Assembly: GCA_963575745.1 (NCBI GenBank) | Contig: CAUYUJ010000114.1 | Span: 1,178,001-1,242,000 of the forward strand | Length of the DNA: 64,000 bases | Direction: 5' to 3' | Source: Prorocentrum cordatum | Lineage: Eukaryota | Shown: piece by piece, positions 1 through 12,773 of the stretch | How the letters are laid out: each line of letters begins with the position of its first letter | How positions within the stretch are numbered: position 1 is the first letter of the stretch | Program-made: the position numbers and the translations under genes | Notes under the pieces: model-generated | Database searches by the model: none | The model's input: only the letters and a program-made list of their open reading frames with translations | What the model was told of the DNA's origin: nothing

Positions 1-175
1 TGGCTTCTTCAATCAATCCCAAATTCGTCGTCTTGGAAAGCCCTGCAAGCCGATGTCTGTGACGAAAGCTCGCCGGGAATATCTCGACTAAATCTCACGT
101 GTTTTACTCCCCAAAGTTTAACTGGGGAGTGGCGGTGGTATTGGCATCTGTCAAGGCGGTAATCCTGGAAATCCT

Positions 176-620
176 TCTCCTCCTCCTCCTGCTCCTCCTC
201 CTCCTGCTTGCTACTCCTCCTCCTCCTGCTCCTCCTCCTCCTCCTCCTGCTTGCTCCTCCTCCTCCTGCTCCTCATCCTCCTCCTCCGGAACCGGTGCCC
301 CCCTCATGTTCTCCCTCATGCGGCCAGAGCAGCGGCGGCCACAGCAGCGAGGGTGCGAGAGGCGGGGACCAGCAGAGACAACGGCGGCCTTCCCCTGGCG
401 TTTCGCCGTCCTTTTTGGCCTTCCTGGGGGTTTCTCGTCGCCCTCCTCGTCCTCCTAGTCCTCCTCCTCTTCCTCCTGCTCCGCCTCCTCCTCCCCCTCC
501 GCCGCCTCCTCCTCCGCCTCCTCCTCCTTCTCATCCTCCTTCTGCTTCTTCTCCTTCTCCTCCTCCTCCTCCTGCTTCTCCTGCTTTTCCTCCTCCTCCT
601 CCTCCTCCTCCTCCTCCTCC
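176..620. repeat. Degenerate (CCT)n microsatellite tracts
   Basis: Runs of cctcctcct at 176-290 and 440-620. Confidence 0.9.
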
Positions 621-1324
621 CTGGGAGAGGTCCAGGGACCGATTTTGAGCGGATTTGGGCCGAGCGAGCAAGCCGCCACCGTTGTCTCAACTGGTCTTCC
701 GAGTTGATCGCGTGCTCAGAGAGGGCGAGATGACCGAAGGGTCAGTGTTGTTGCCATGGTGCTCTGACTTGCAGTCGGTTGTTCATTTCCTGGTTTTGTT
801 GAAGAAGGATCTGCATAGACATAAAGTTCCAACGGTCCGCACGGATTTCTGGGATCTTCGTTGTAACCATTGGCGCGCTCGCGCTCGCCAGGGAGGGTGC
901 ATATGCCTTGTTTCTCTGGCGGCGCCTCCAATACTGCCCCTGGCGCGCCCCGCAGGCCAGGGCGGGGGTGCACGTTTTTGTTCATCCCGCCGCGCTTTGT
1001 CCATTTCGCGAGCGGGGTCGACCCCCCGACCCTCCCCTGCGCCCGCCCTGGCAGGTTCCCCCAGCCGCGCCCCAGCCGAGACGACGAGCACCCCCGGGAG
1101 CGCGCCCACGAGCCCCGGCCCGTCGGGCCACGATCCGTTTCGGCCCACGACGCGAGCCCAGAGAGATCCGATGCGTTGCAAAAAAACATAAAAAAACACG
1201 TTTTTTTTTGTTTTTGTTGTTGCAATCCTTCGTTTTATTGCAATCCTTCTGACTTTCAGAACGAGCCCCGCAGAAGTCCTGACCCTTTTCCTCGGGGCTG
1301 ACTCTGCATCCCGAGTCGCCCTTC

Positions 1325-1520
1325 TCGGGTCGGGCGAAAGGGGGGGTTTGGGAAAGGGGGGGTTACGAAATCTGCTGCATGCAGCTGGTTTCGGCCCCGC
1401 CGCCGGGCCCATTCCTCGATACATGGGCGCCTCCCGGCGCCGGGAGGCGCCAGTAAAATCAGCTACGGGAGCTGATTCTCAAACCCCCCCTTTGCTATCC
1501 CCCCCTTTCGCCCGGCCCGA
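1325..1520. mobile_element. MITE with terminal inverted repeats and 5-bp TSD
   Basis: Left end tcgggtcgggcgaaagggggg is the inverse of right end cccccctttcgcccggcccga; flanked by CCTTC at 1320-1324 and 1521-1525. Confidence 0.7.
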
Positions 1521-1781
1521 CCTTCGGCGGTCCCGGGGCCCGGCGAGGGCCCCCAGAGGCCCCAACAATTGCGCGACACGTTCTGCATCTATGTGTTTTT
1601 TTCCATGCGGGAGCACGAGGAGACAACAGCACGCCGAGGCCTCTCCGACGAGGCCTTCAGGGGACGAGCTCGGAGGGCGCCCCCGGCTCCCAGGAGGCAC
1701 GCCTGGCCCGTCCCACTGCTACGCTGAAGGGTTGGGGAGGCAGTCTGAGGCGCGCGCGCGCTTGCCGCCGTAGGCCCCCCA

Positions 1782-2010
1782 TCCTCCTCCTCCTCCTCCT
1801 CCTCCTCCTCCTCCTCCTCCTCCTCCTCCCCTCCTCCTCCTCCTCCTCCTCCTCCTCCCCCCCTCCTCCCCCTCCTCCTCCTCCTCCTCCTCTCCTCCCT
1901 CCTCCTCCCTCCTCCTCCCCCCCCTCCTCCTCCTCCTCCTCCTCCTCCTCCTCCTCCTCCTCCTCCTCCTCCTCCTCCTCCTCCTCCTCCTCCTCCTCCT
2001 CCTCCTCCTC
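1782..2010. repeat. (CCT)n microsatellite
   Basis: Near-pure cct run. Confidence 0.95.
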
Positions 2011-2127
2011 TGGGCCTCCCCGCGCGCGTAGGCCGCCGTGGGGCCCGCCCGCGCCCTCGCAGGGGTCGGCACTGCCCGCCCCGCGCCCAGCGGGCACAGA
2101 TCGAATGCGCGCGGGCGGCGCCGCCGC

Positions 2128-2186
2128 CGACGGACGACGGACGACGGACGACGGCAACGACGGACGACGACGGACGACGGACGACG

Positions 2187-2220
<34 letters not shown>

Positions 2221-3616
2221 TCGGACGACGGACGACGGACGAGGTTCCCAGGACGGTTGACAACGACGACGACGGACGACGTGGCTGGACGACGGAACAC
2301 GACGAACGACGACGGACGACGACAACGACGACGACCGACGACAGACGAAGACGACGACGACGACGACGACGACGAAGACGGACGACGTTCGAGGACGGAC
2401 GACGACGACGACGGGCGAGGCCGACGACTGCCGACGGACGACGACGACGACGACGACGACAAATGACGGACGGCGGCGACAGACGACGACGACAACGACG
2501 ACGACGAAGGACGACTGAAGACGACGACGACGGACGACGACGACGACGACGACGGGCATCGACGACGATTGACGACCTAGGTGGACGACTGACGACGACG
2601 ACGACGACGGACGACGACGACGGACGACGAACGACGGACGACAGACAAAATCGACGACAATGGACGACGACGGACGACGACGATGATGGACGACGACGGA
2701 CGACGACGACGACAGACGACGACGTGCGACGACGACTGCGATGACGACGACGGCGGACGACGACCTGGACGGACGACGACACGACGACGACGACGACGAC
2801 GACGACCACGACGGACGATGACGACGACGGACGACCGACGACGGACGACCATGGACGGCGGACAACTGATGACGACGACGACTACGACGACGACGGCGAC
2901 GACGACGACGGCGACGACTACGACGGACGAAGGCGACCGACGAGGTCGACGACGCAGGAGGACGACGACAGACGACGACGACGACGACCGACGACGATGA
3001 CGGACAACGTACGAGGACGAGCCCGACGACGACGGACGGACGGCGACGACGGACGACGACGAGGGCGACGACGACGACCACGGACGACGACGACGACGAC
3101 GGATGACGACGACGACGGACGACGACGACGGACGACGACGGCAACGGACGATGACGATGGACGACGGACGAGCCCGACAACAACGACGACGACGACGACG
3201 ATGACGGTAGACGATGATGGACGACGACGACGGACGACGACTACGACGACGACGACTGTCGACGAAGACGGAGGACAAACGACGATGACCGACGACGACG
3301 AATTCGCCGACGATGACGACGACGGACGACCGACGACTGGCGACGACGACGACGACGACGGACGACGTCGACGACGCCCGCAACATCGACGACGGCGAGA
3401 CGACGGACGACGACGACAACGGACGACGACGACGGACAAGGACGTTGACCGACGACGGGCAACGACGATGACGGACGACGACCGGCGACGACGACGACGG
3501 ACGACGACGAGGACGACGTCGACGACGACGACGACGACGACGACGACTGACAACGTCGACGATGACGACGACGACGTCGGACGACGGACCGCGGACGACG
3601 AACGACGACGACGATG

Positions 3617-3651
<35 letters not shown>

Positions 3652-3762
3652 ACGACGACGACGACGACGACGGACGACGACTGCGACGACGGCGGACGAC
3701 GACGTCGACGACGACGAGGGCGACCGCGACCACGACGACGGACGACGACGACGACGGACGAC

Positions 3763-3821
<59 letters not shown>

Positions 3822-4429
3822 ACGACGACGACGACGAGGGCGACAAGGACGGTGGACGACGACGGTTACCCCGACGACGACGGATGGCGACGACGACGGA
3901 CGACGTCGACAGACGACGGGGACGACGACGGACGACTACGACGACGAGGACGACGGACGACGAAAGCGACGACGACGGCCGACGGACGACGACGACGGAG
4001 GTGGCGGCGACGACGACGACAATGACGACGACTGACGAACGACGACGGCGACAACCACTGACGACGACGACTACGGCGATGACGACGACGGCCATGACGA
4101 CGACGACGACGACGACGACGACAGTGGTGACGACGACGACGACCACGGTGGACGACGACGACGAACGACGACGACGACGACGACGACGGCGGATGGCGAC
4201 GACGATTGGCGACAAACGACGACGACGACAACGACGACGGACGACGACGACGACCCGCGATGGGCGACGACGGTGACGACTTCAAAGGTGGCGTCGACGA
4301 AGACGACGACGACGACGACGACGCCCGTCGACGACGACGAGGACGGACGACCGACGACGACGACCGACGCACGACGATGACGACGTCGAGGAGGACGACG
4401 AAGACGACGACGACGGACGAAGGACGAAG

Positions 4430-4470
<41 letters not shown>

Positions 4471-6133
4471 ACGACGACGACCGATGACGGACGACGACGA
4501 CGACATTGACGACGACGACGACGACGCCTGACGACGACGACGACGACGAGGACGACGACGACGACGGATGACGACGAACGTCGACGACGGACAACGACGG
4601 CGACGACGGACGACGACCGACGACCGACTACGACAACGATAACGACGACGACGACGACCGACGACGGCGGACGACGGACGACGAGGACGATGACCGTTGT
4701 CGACGACCGACGTCGGCCGACGACGGCGACGACGACGACGACTGTTGACGACTACGACAACAACAGACGCCGACGACGATGACGACGACGGACGACGAGG
4801 ACGACGGATGTCTAATGATGACGACGGCGGCAACAACAATTACGTCAACGTTGATGGGCGACGACGATGACGAGGACGACGACGACGACGACGACGACGG
4901 CGACGGCGAGGGCGGAGACGGACGACCACGACGGCAGCGGCGACGACGACGACGGACGACGACGACCACGACGACGACTACGACGACGATGCCGACGGAC
5001 GGCGACGGACGACGACGACGCACGAGAATGATGACGTCGACGACGGACGACGACGACGACGATAACGACGACGGCGACGACGAAACCACGACGGACGGCG
5101 TCGACGGACGACGGTTACGGAGGTCGGACGACCACGACCAAGGACGACAACGACGCCGACGACGGCGACGATGACGACCGACGACGACCGCCACGACGGA
5201 TGCTGGGCCTCGACGACGGAAGGGGACGATAACAGTGGACGACGACGACGACGACGACGATGGACGACGACGACGACGACGACGATGCCGCAGCCATCGC
5301 CGCCGACGACGGCGACGACGACGACGTCGATGGACGACAGTCGACGGCGGAAGACCACGACGACGACGACGACTAGCGACGACGACGACGATGGTGACGA
5401 CGACGGACGATGATGACGAATGATCCGACGACGGACGACGACGATGTCGACGACGGACGATTTCGACGACGACGACCACGACGGTGACGAAGCCAACGAC
5501 GACGATGACGACGACGCCGGCAACGACGATGACGACGACTACTACGTCGACGACGACGACGACGCCGACGACATCAGGAAGACGACGACGACGACAACCA
5601 CGACGACGACGACGCCGCCGACGACGCCGACGGCGACGACGACGACGACCACGGCGACAACGATGACAGCGACGACGACGGTCGAGGACGACCGACGATG
5701 GCGACGGACGACAGAACACGAATGTCGGACGACGGACGACCACGACGACGACGACGAAGACGACGACGATGGACGACGGACGACGGACCACGACGATGTC
5801 GACAACGATGGACGGGGACGGACGAAGACGACGGACGACGGACGGCGAAGACGACCGACGTCGACGGACGACGGCGGACTACGACGGCGTTGACGATGAT
5901 GACGACGAGAACGACGACGACGCGCGATTGCGACCACGGACGACGACGATAATCATATGATGACGACGAACGATAGTATCGACGGCGTCGACGAACGATC
6001 AGGACGGACCAAGACGATGACGATGACAAACGACGATGACGACGACGACGGAAGACGGACCACGGACCACGGACCACGGACGACCGACGACGGACGACGG
6101 ACGACGACGACGGACGGCGACGGCGACGACGAC
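2128..6133. repeat. ~4-kb degenerate (GAC)n / (GACG) array
   Basis: Continuous gacgacgac with recurrent single-G insertions (gacggacg); + strand very poor in T. Confidence 0.97.
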
Positions 6134-8799
6134 CCAACTTGTTTTGCGAACGTGTTTCCGTCTCTCTCTTGCACTTGCCTGCGCCAAGTCTATGGACCAG
6201 GCCCCTTGCGGGCGGGGGGGCATTTTTTGTTTCAGCTCGAGGGATCATTCTTCGACTGCGCGATCTGTGTACGCACCGTTCGGCCTTGCGCAGCAGCAGG
6301 GAGGGAAGGACGGCGGGAGGAGAAGGAGGATAAAGGATGAGGCCATCCTCCCCTTGGACACGTGTCATGCGGGCCCCGCGGCACCCAGGTTTTCCGTGGC
6401 CTGGAGCACCAGTGGCTGCAGCAGCACCACACTGTGGCCACGGTAACGCCGCAGGCGGTGCCTTTCCCAGTGCCAGTGGCCGCGCCGACGACCCAGGCGT
6501 CGGCAGCAGATATCTTCTCTTCCGTCGCAGAGCCGCCGTCGTCGTCGTCATCGTCCGTCGTCGTCCGTCGTCGTCGTCGTTGTCGTCGTCGTCGTCTTTG
6601 TCGTCGTCGTCTCCCTTCAGGGTCGGCGTCACCGGCCGTAAGGCCTTGGCAACATCTCCTCTTTCGTCGCAGAGCCTGGAGCACGACAAGCGATAGCAGC
6701 ATGAGGCTGCACCGTGGAGGCGTGTGCCCTCCCAACGCTGGTGCGCTGGTGCGTCGCTTGTCGCCGGATCGTGCGCATGCAGACTGGCTTGCAACATACG
6801 GGGCGCTCCCGGAAGGGCCTCCTCCTCCTCCTCCTCGAGGCGTCGAGCGGCGGAGGGCGGCGGAAGCAAGAGCGAGACGTCAACGTTTTTCAATTCTCAA
6901 GAGGGGAAAAAACACACAGACACAATTAATCGGCGATTCTCAGAAAATATAGGAAAATATGGGAAGTGGGGGGGAAGACAAAAACCCAGCAAATATGGGA
7001 AAATATGGGGGATATTTTTATTTATATATATTAATTTGTGTGTCCCAGTTCCCCTTCAAATTCTACGGTTGCTGGAGTCGGCCATGCAGTCTTCCCTCTC
7101 CGCCCCCCGCCTACCAGGTCACCCGCAGGGGCGCGCAGGTGGCCGTGCTTCGCGGTTCGCCGCGTGGGGGGGGGGGAGAGCAACCACTTCTCCACCGCGG
7201 CGGCTCAAGAGCGCGGAGATAGCCGCGCTTCGCGGCGCGCGAGGGCGCTAATTGAGGTGGCCTGGGCACCCGGGAGGGATTTGTGGACCACCAGTCTCGA
7301 TTGTACGCTGGTGGCGCGCACAAGGGGTTGACGCGAGGTGGGCGGCTTTCGAAGGAGGCGAGGAGGCTTCCTGGAAGGAGAAGGCGTTCTTAGAAGGACA
7401 CGTAGCTTTAGAAGAAGGCTTCTTGAAAGCCAGGCAGGCTTCTAAGAAGGCACCTGCCGTCTCGGAAGCTTCCCCCGCCTTCCTAGCGCACCACCAGGAG
7501 ACATCGGCCAGCCTTGTCTTCAGACAGGATATGTGGAGCAGTATCGCGTGGACTGTCGCCACCGTGGGAGATGCGCATTCCTCTGAGGCGCGCGTTGGCC
7601 AGTGGAGAGGCCAGTGCCTGTGTCGGGGTCGGGGCCGCGTGGGTTGGCGAGCCCCACCAGCCCACACCACCTCTGCAGTCGCCGCGGCTGTGCCTGGCTC
7701 GGAAGGGGGGCGGGGCAAACGTCAAAAAGCGGAATCAAGAACGAGCTCGCTTGGGCTGCTTGTCGAACCCCCTCCTCTTTCCAAAATCATCCAACACCAT
7801 GACAAAAAGATAACGTCGCGTCAGCAAACAATACCATAGCTTCAGGCACCATGACCATGCGTGATGGTTCGAGCCCGACGTCGATCCGTGAGGGCCAGGG
7901 CAAAATACACCGCCGGGCTCGCGCTTTGGTTTCTTTCCCCCTCCGTCGTCAAGCTCGCGCGCGGCACGCGCGCACGACCAGGGAAGACAAGGACCAGAAC
8001 GACGACGAGGACCTCGACGACTGCAACGGCGACGACCACGCGACCGACGATGGCGACGACGACGACGAGCTCTCCCTCCTCGCACCCGCCCGCGACCAGC
8101 CGCAGGCGGACGGTGCCGCTGGGGCGGCCGCGCCCGCGGCTGCCGCGCCCGCGGCCGCCGCGCCGCCGGACCGTATCACGTACGGCCGCCGCCTCTGAGC
8201 TGCAGACCGCTCCGTCGTCGCCACGGCAGCGGCGGCGACGGCGACGAGCAGGGGAGGGATTCCGGCGCTTCTGGCTTTTGGTCGCCACGGTTTGGTTCGC
8301 CCCGAAGGCATGTTCCAGGTTCGATCTGCCGCCCAAAGCGAACTGTAGGTGTTATAATGAAGTGGCTTCGACAGCCTTGCTCCACACCGCCCTCCCCAAC
8401 CCAGGCTGTGGCGCCCCGCGGGAGGCGGGGCCTGAGAGAGGGGACCTCTCAGTCCTCCCGTCCCACACATTGGGGTGGTGGCACGAGAGAGCGGGCCCTC
8501 GAAAGGAACTGGTTTTGGTCTGCTCCCGATATGGTGGCCCAGGAACCGACCACTACAGAAAGAGCGGGAAGTTTATGCAAGAGCGCCAGGCCCCAACCAG
8601 GACGGGTGTGCGGTATCGAAGACGCTTACGGCGAATCATCGCCGCCACTTGCCTTTTGGAATTGCCCATGTGGCCGAACGTTGTGGTCATAGTTCCGCCA
8701 AGCTATCGGACCATGTGTTCCCCCAGCCATTGTGGAAACCCTTCGGGGAACACTTATGAGAGGATGGCGGGGAAGATCAGGAGGAGGAGGAGGAGGGGG

Positions 8800-9480
8800 C
8801 ACTTTGGTTGGGAGCCTCGGGGGGCACTCTTGGGACCTCCTGGGAGCTTCCTGGGGGCCTCTCGGAGGCATCTTTGAGACCTACTTGGGCATCTTGGGGG
8901 CCTTCCAGACGTCTTAGGGCGTTCCAGACCCGTTTGACGCTTCGGAAGCCGTCTTGGGGCCTCTCTGAACCGACTTGGGGTCCTCTTGGGGCGCTCCAGG
9001 GCCGTATTGGAGGCCATCCTGGGCGTCTTGGGGTTGGGGCCGTCTTGGGGGCCTCTTGGGCTGTTCTGGGGCCATCTTGGAGGCCTCTGGGGCGCTCTGG
9101 GGGCGATCTTGGGGAGCTCTCGAGCCGTCTCGGGCCTTCGGAAGGCCGAAAAGAAGCAAATGCCAAAATCTTGCAAACACCATGCAAAATCACTGATTTT
9201 GGCCTCTTCGGGTTTTCCTGAAGGGCGTCTTGGAAGCCTCTTGGGCCGTCTGCGAGGCCTCTTGGGCGCTTCTTGGGCCGTCTTGGAAGCTTCTCGAGCG
9301 ATTTGGGAGGCAGCTTGGATTCTCTTGGGCCGTCTTGGAGGCCATCTTGGACCATCTTGGGCGAACTTGGAAGTTGTATGGGCCGTCTTGGAGGCCATCT
9401 TGGAGCCATTTGGAGCAGGAGAAACCTTTGCAACTGGGTCTTCCGGGTGGCCGGCGGCGTCGGCCGAAGTCCCAGGGGTA
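8800..9480. repeat. Dispersed low-complexity repeat family (tcttggggcc / ggcccaaga motifs)
   Basis: Iterated ggccgtcttgg, gcctcttggg motifs; same style at 11.2, 32-35.6, 37.8-39.8, 43, 49.3 and 57.3-60.3 kb. Confidence 0.75.
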
Positions 9481-9631
9481 CACACTGTTGATTTCTAATT
9501 ATTCGAGAGTTCTTTGTTTTTGGAAGGGGCCAAGATCCCTTCATTTCTCATTGTTCTATCATGTGCCTCTTCCTGGCCACTAGGGGGCCAGAAACAATTA
9601 GAGACGAGCACAATTAGAAATGAGCCACGTG

Positions 9632-9653
9632 TCCGTAGCCATTTTGGCTCCAG
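9632..9653 (+). other. Relict dinoflagellate spliced leader
   Basis: TCCGTAGCCATTTTGGCTCCAG, 21/22 match to DinoSL DCCGTAGCCATTTTGGCTCAAG. Confidence 0.92.
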
Positions 9654-10994
9654 CGGCCGCGCTTCGGGCGAGGGGGCGGCGCTCGACGCGCTGCTCAGGC
9701 GGGAAGCTGGGTCCTCCGCGGCGGCGCGCCTCCTGCGATGGCGGCGGCCTGGGCGGCGGGGCGCAATGGCTGCGGGGGGCTGTCAGCCTGCTGGCAGCCC
9801 AAGGCGCTCAGGCAGCAGGAGAACCTGGTGTTGGGCCCCTCTGCGGCGAAACGGGCGGCCAGGCGGCGGCGCTTGTGTGCGCTGGAGGCCTGGTGCCATG
9901 CCGTGGCGGGCCCCTGCAAGCCGGGGTCATGGCAGGACCGCGAGAGGGCGGCCAGGCCCGCCTTGGTCAGCGCGGTGGAGGGCCGGCGGGTGGCGGGCGC
10001 ATCGCGCCGGCGCCGCAACGCGGCTATCCACGCAGCCTGGGCCCCTCCGAGCGGCTTCCTCAGGGCGACCGCCGAGGAGATCGCGGAGGTGGCGCAGGGA
10101 CCCCGCCTGGGTTTTCAGCTCGAGGCGGAGGAGGCCGAGCACGGGAACTGCGACGTGCGCGGCTTCGCTGAGGCTGTCGAGAGCGAGAGCGAGCAAGAGA
10201 AGCGGGCACTGGTGCCGCTCAGCGTGTACTGGGAGGCGAAGCTGAAGCCCGACATCAGGAGGGGCAGCAAGTGGCTCGGGGTCGAGGGGAAGGTCATCCA
10301 CGTCGCCGAGCTCGAGCCGAAGTTGCTCAACCTGGCGCGTTCTCTTTCCAGGGCTCCTTGGCGGCAGCGGGGGCGGAGGAAGGAGGACGATGATGACGAT
10401 GATGGGCCCATCCAGGAGGCGTCGGAGGACGGCGTCGGAGTGGGCAAGTTTGCTGGCACGGAGGTCGGCAGCGAGGACGAGTCGGACGGCGGCGACGACG
10501 ACTCACAGAGCGTCAACCACATGGCGTCGGAGGGCACCGTGCTCAACGGCGGAGGTGGGCTGGCGCCAGGCGTTTGGCAGGAGGCCGACCAGCGAGCGGA
10601 GGCAAGGGCCTTCGCGCACGGTTTGGCAGCAGGCTGCCGGCTGGCCGAGAGGGGCGGCCACCAACAGACCGCGAAGGAGGCTGTGGAGATGGCAGCTCCG
10701 CAGGACGATGTCGACGCGCGGCGCGGGGCGATCGTGAAGTTCTTCGAGCCGTGCGAGTGCGTGTCGCTGCTGCAGGAGATGCATTTGGAGCAGCCTCGAG
10801 GTGGCGGTCACGGAGTCGAGGGCGTTGGCATGAAGTTGGAGTCCGAGGTGGTGGACACCAGCTTCGGCGCCAAGGATGGCGTGCGCATCTTCGAGGAGGT
10901 GCGCTGCTTTTTTCCGGAGTGGCCTAGTGGCTGCCTGCCGTTACAGCTCGCGCGCAGCCGTTGCGCCGCAAAGCATTGCCACGGCAAAAAAAAA
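9632..10994 (+). pseudogene. Retrocopy of a trans-spliced mRNA (unknown protein, ORF 9738-10997)
   Basis: SL at 5' end, intronless ORF, A9 tail at 10986-10994, flanking direct repeat TGAGC(C/G)ACGTGT at 9621-9632 and 10995-11006; ORF reads through the poly(A) and stops only in the duplication. Confidence 0.8.
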
Positions 10995-11899
10995 TGAGCG
11001 ACGTGTAGCCCTGTTGGAAAAAAGACCAAAACTAAGCCGTAAGACGTTCAGCACGCCGGCCACCCCTGCGGCAAGATCACCAAGATCACAGGTGGCGGCG
11101 GATCGAGTGGCCTTCGGCCCATCCCGCCACTGCGCATGGTTTGGGGCTCAGAGTTCTCAGGGATGGTTCTCGGAGTCTCTTCGGAGCGCTCTCGGGGGCC
11201 TCTCGGGAGCAGTTTTGGGGGCCTCTTGAGAGCCTCTTGGGGGCCTCTTGGGGGGCCTCTTTGGGGCCTCTTGAGGCCTCCCGGGGGCCCCATCGGGGCC
11301 GAGGACGGCGGCAACGCGCGCGCCAGCCTGCAGGACGGCGGCAACGGGCAGCGCGCCAGCCACCTGGACCGCAGTCCTCTCACCAGGGGAGGGGGCTGGC
11401 GTCAGCTGGGCGGGCCCCAGCTTGGCCCCGGCTGACGCCGCACGCAGGCCAGGGCCGGTGGGTCGTGCAGTGGGGCGAGCAGCATCCTCGTGGCTGTACG
11501 ACGGCCACATGCAGCACGACGCCCATCAGCATGTTGGGAGCAGCCGTGCGCGTGCAGTGCGACTTGCCATTGTTAAACCCGTTTTCAATTACTGGCGTGG
11601 TCCTCGGCTCCTCCGTTTGGGGGCCCAGTACGGGGCCCTGCCCCTTTTCCCCAGCTCGGGTTAACCCGCGGAAGACACGTTCAATGACATCCTCGTTCGC
11701 GCGTACAGTATAGGAGCTTTCGACAGGTTCACGGTGGAGCACCCCGACGTTTGGCTCTCCTCTTACGTGGATGGCGATAGCGTCACTTCCCACGGCACCG
11801 AGCAGCAAGTTTTGACTCGCATCAGCAGGGCGGCGGCGGCTCTGTTCCTCCTCTTCCGTGGCGAGCTTAAGGTGGCCGTCCACTCCGAGAAGGTGCGTA

Positions 11900-12078
11900 C
11901 TCCAGATTTCGCAATAAAGGGAGGGGGGTCTCATTTCGGGGGGGGTCTCTTCCAGGCCATCTTGGAGGGCTTGGGGGGGTCTGGGGACGATGTTTTGGAG
12001 GGTTCTCCCACGGGGGGGTCTGAAATGGCTTGTCTTGGAGGGTCCAGACCCCCTTCCCTTTTCCTACGAAATCTGGAG
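11900..12078. mobile_element. MITE (Tc1/mariner-like TA target) inserted in LINE RT
   Basis: TIRs ctccagatttcgcaataaagggaggggggtct / agacccccttcccttttcctacgaaatctggag; flanked by TA (11898-99) and TG (12079-80); removal rejoins the frame EKVRTFASSAVLHRK. Confidence 0.8.
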
Positions 12079-12608
12079 TGCCTTCGCTAGTAGCGCCGTG
12101 CTGCACAGGAAGCTTGCGAATCTCTTGGGGAGAATGGCGGGGAAGGTTTCGAACAGCGTCGTGTCGTTGGGGACTCACCTTGCTCCTGGCCAACAACGCT
12201 CGAGCGCCCGCGCCATGTGGGAGCGCAAGAAGCGTTTCAGCGACATGGAGCGCCGACATCTAGTGCTTCAACGTATCAGGCAGGGGCTCCCAAGGCACAA
12301 ATGACGGATTGGGAAAATCTACATGGCAGAGGCCTTCCTTGCCACGAGTTTTGGGTCCGCGGTCCTTGAGAGGAGTGGTTTCGAATTCCAGCAGGCCCGA
12401 CGCGTTCCACAAAGCTTGCTCGCTTCATGCCAGGCTGGCGATTTGTGGCGACCCCGCGCGGTGCCCTGCCGTTGCGCCCATTCTTCACACTGGGGAACGG
12501 ATTTGTTAGATTGCCGTAACCACCCCCGAGGCCTCGCACTGCACCGCCACAGACTTTTGCAACATGTGGAAAAAGCGGCTCCGTTTGATGGCTCGGTCAC
12601 GTGGCGTA

Positions 12609-12773
12609 CGCCCTAGGCGATGCTTAAGAAAACTCACGTTGTTGGCCAGAGTCTCGATTATTCTTAATGTTTCAATGCAAATCTCAAGATGTTACTAGAA
12701 AACCAGGGGTTCGATTCGAATCCTGAGATTCTGAATTTCTTAACCCATGATCTCTTAAGCATTTCGCAAGGCG
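12609..12773. mobile_element. MITE with TA target-site duplication inserted in LINE
   Basis: TA-cgccctaggcgatgcttaagaaaactca ... tgatctcttaagcatttcgcaaggcg-TA; AT-rich interior; removal gives VTWRTSWGP. Confidence 0.8.

Noticed and set aside
1589..6340. Long ORFs rich in R/D/T/S/V
   Set aside because: Translations of the GAC and CCT microsatellites; stop-free by composition, with constant frameshifts
8300..8720. Possible minus-strand RT fragment (KASGGD)
   Set aside because: Single weak motif with no ordered follow-up motifs
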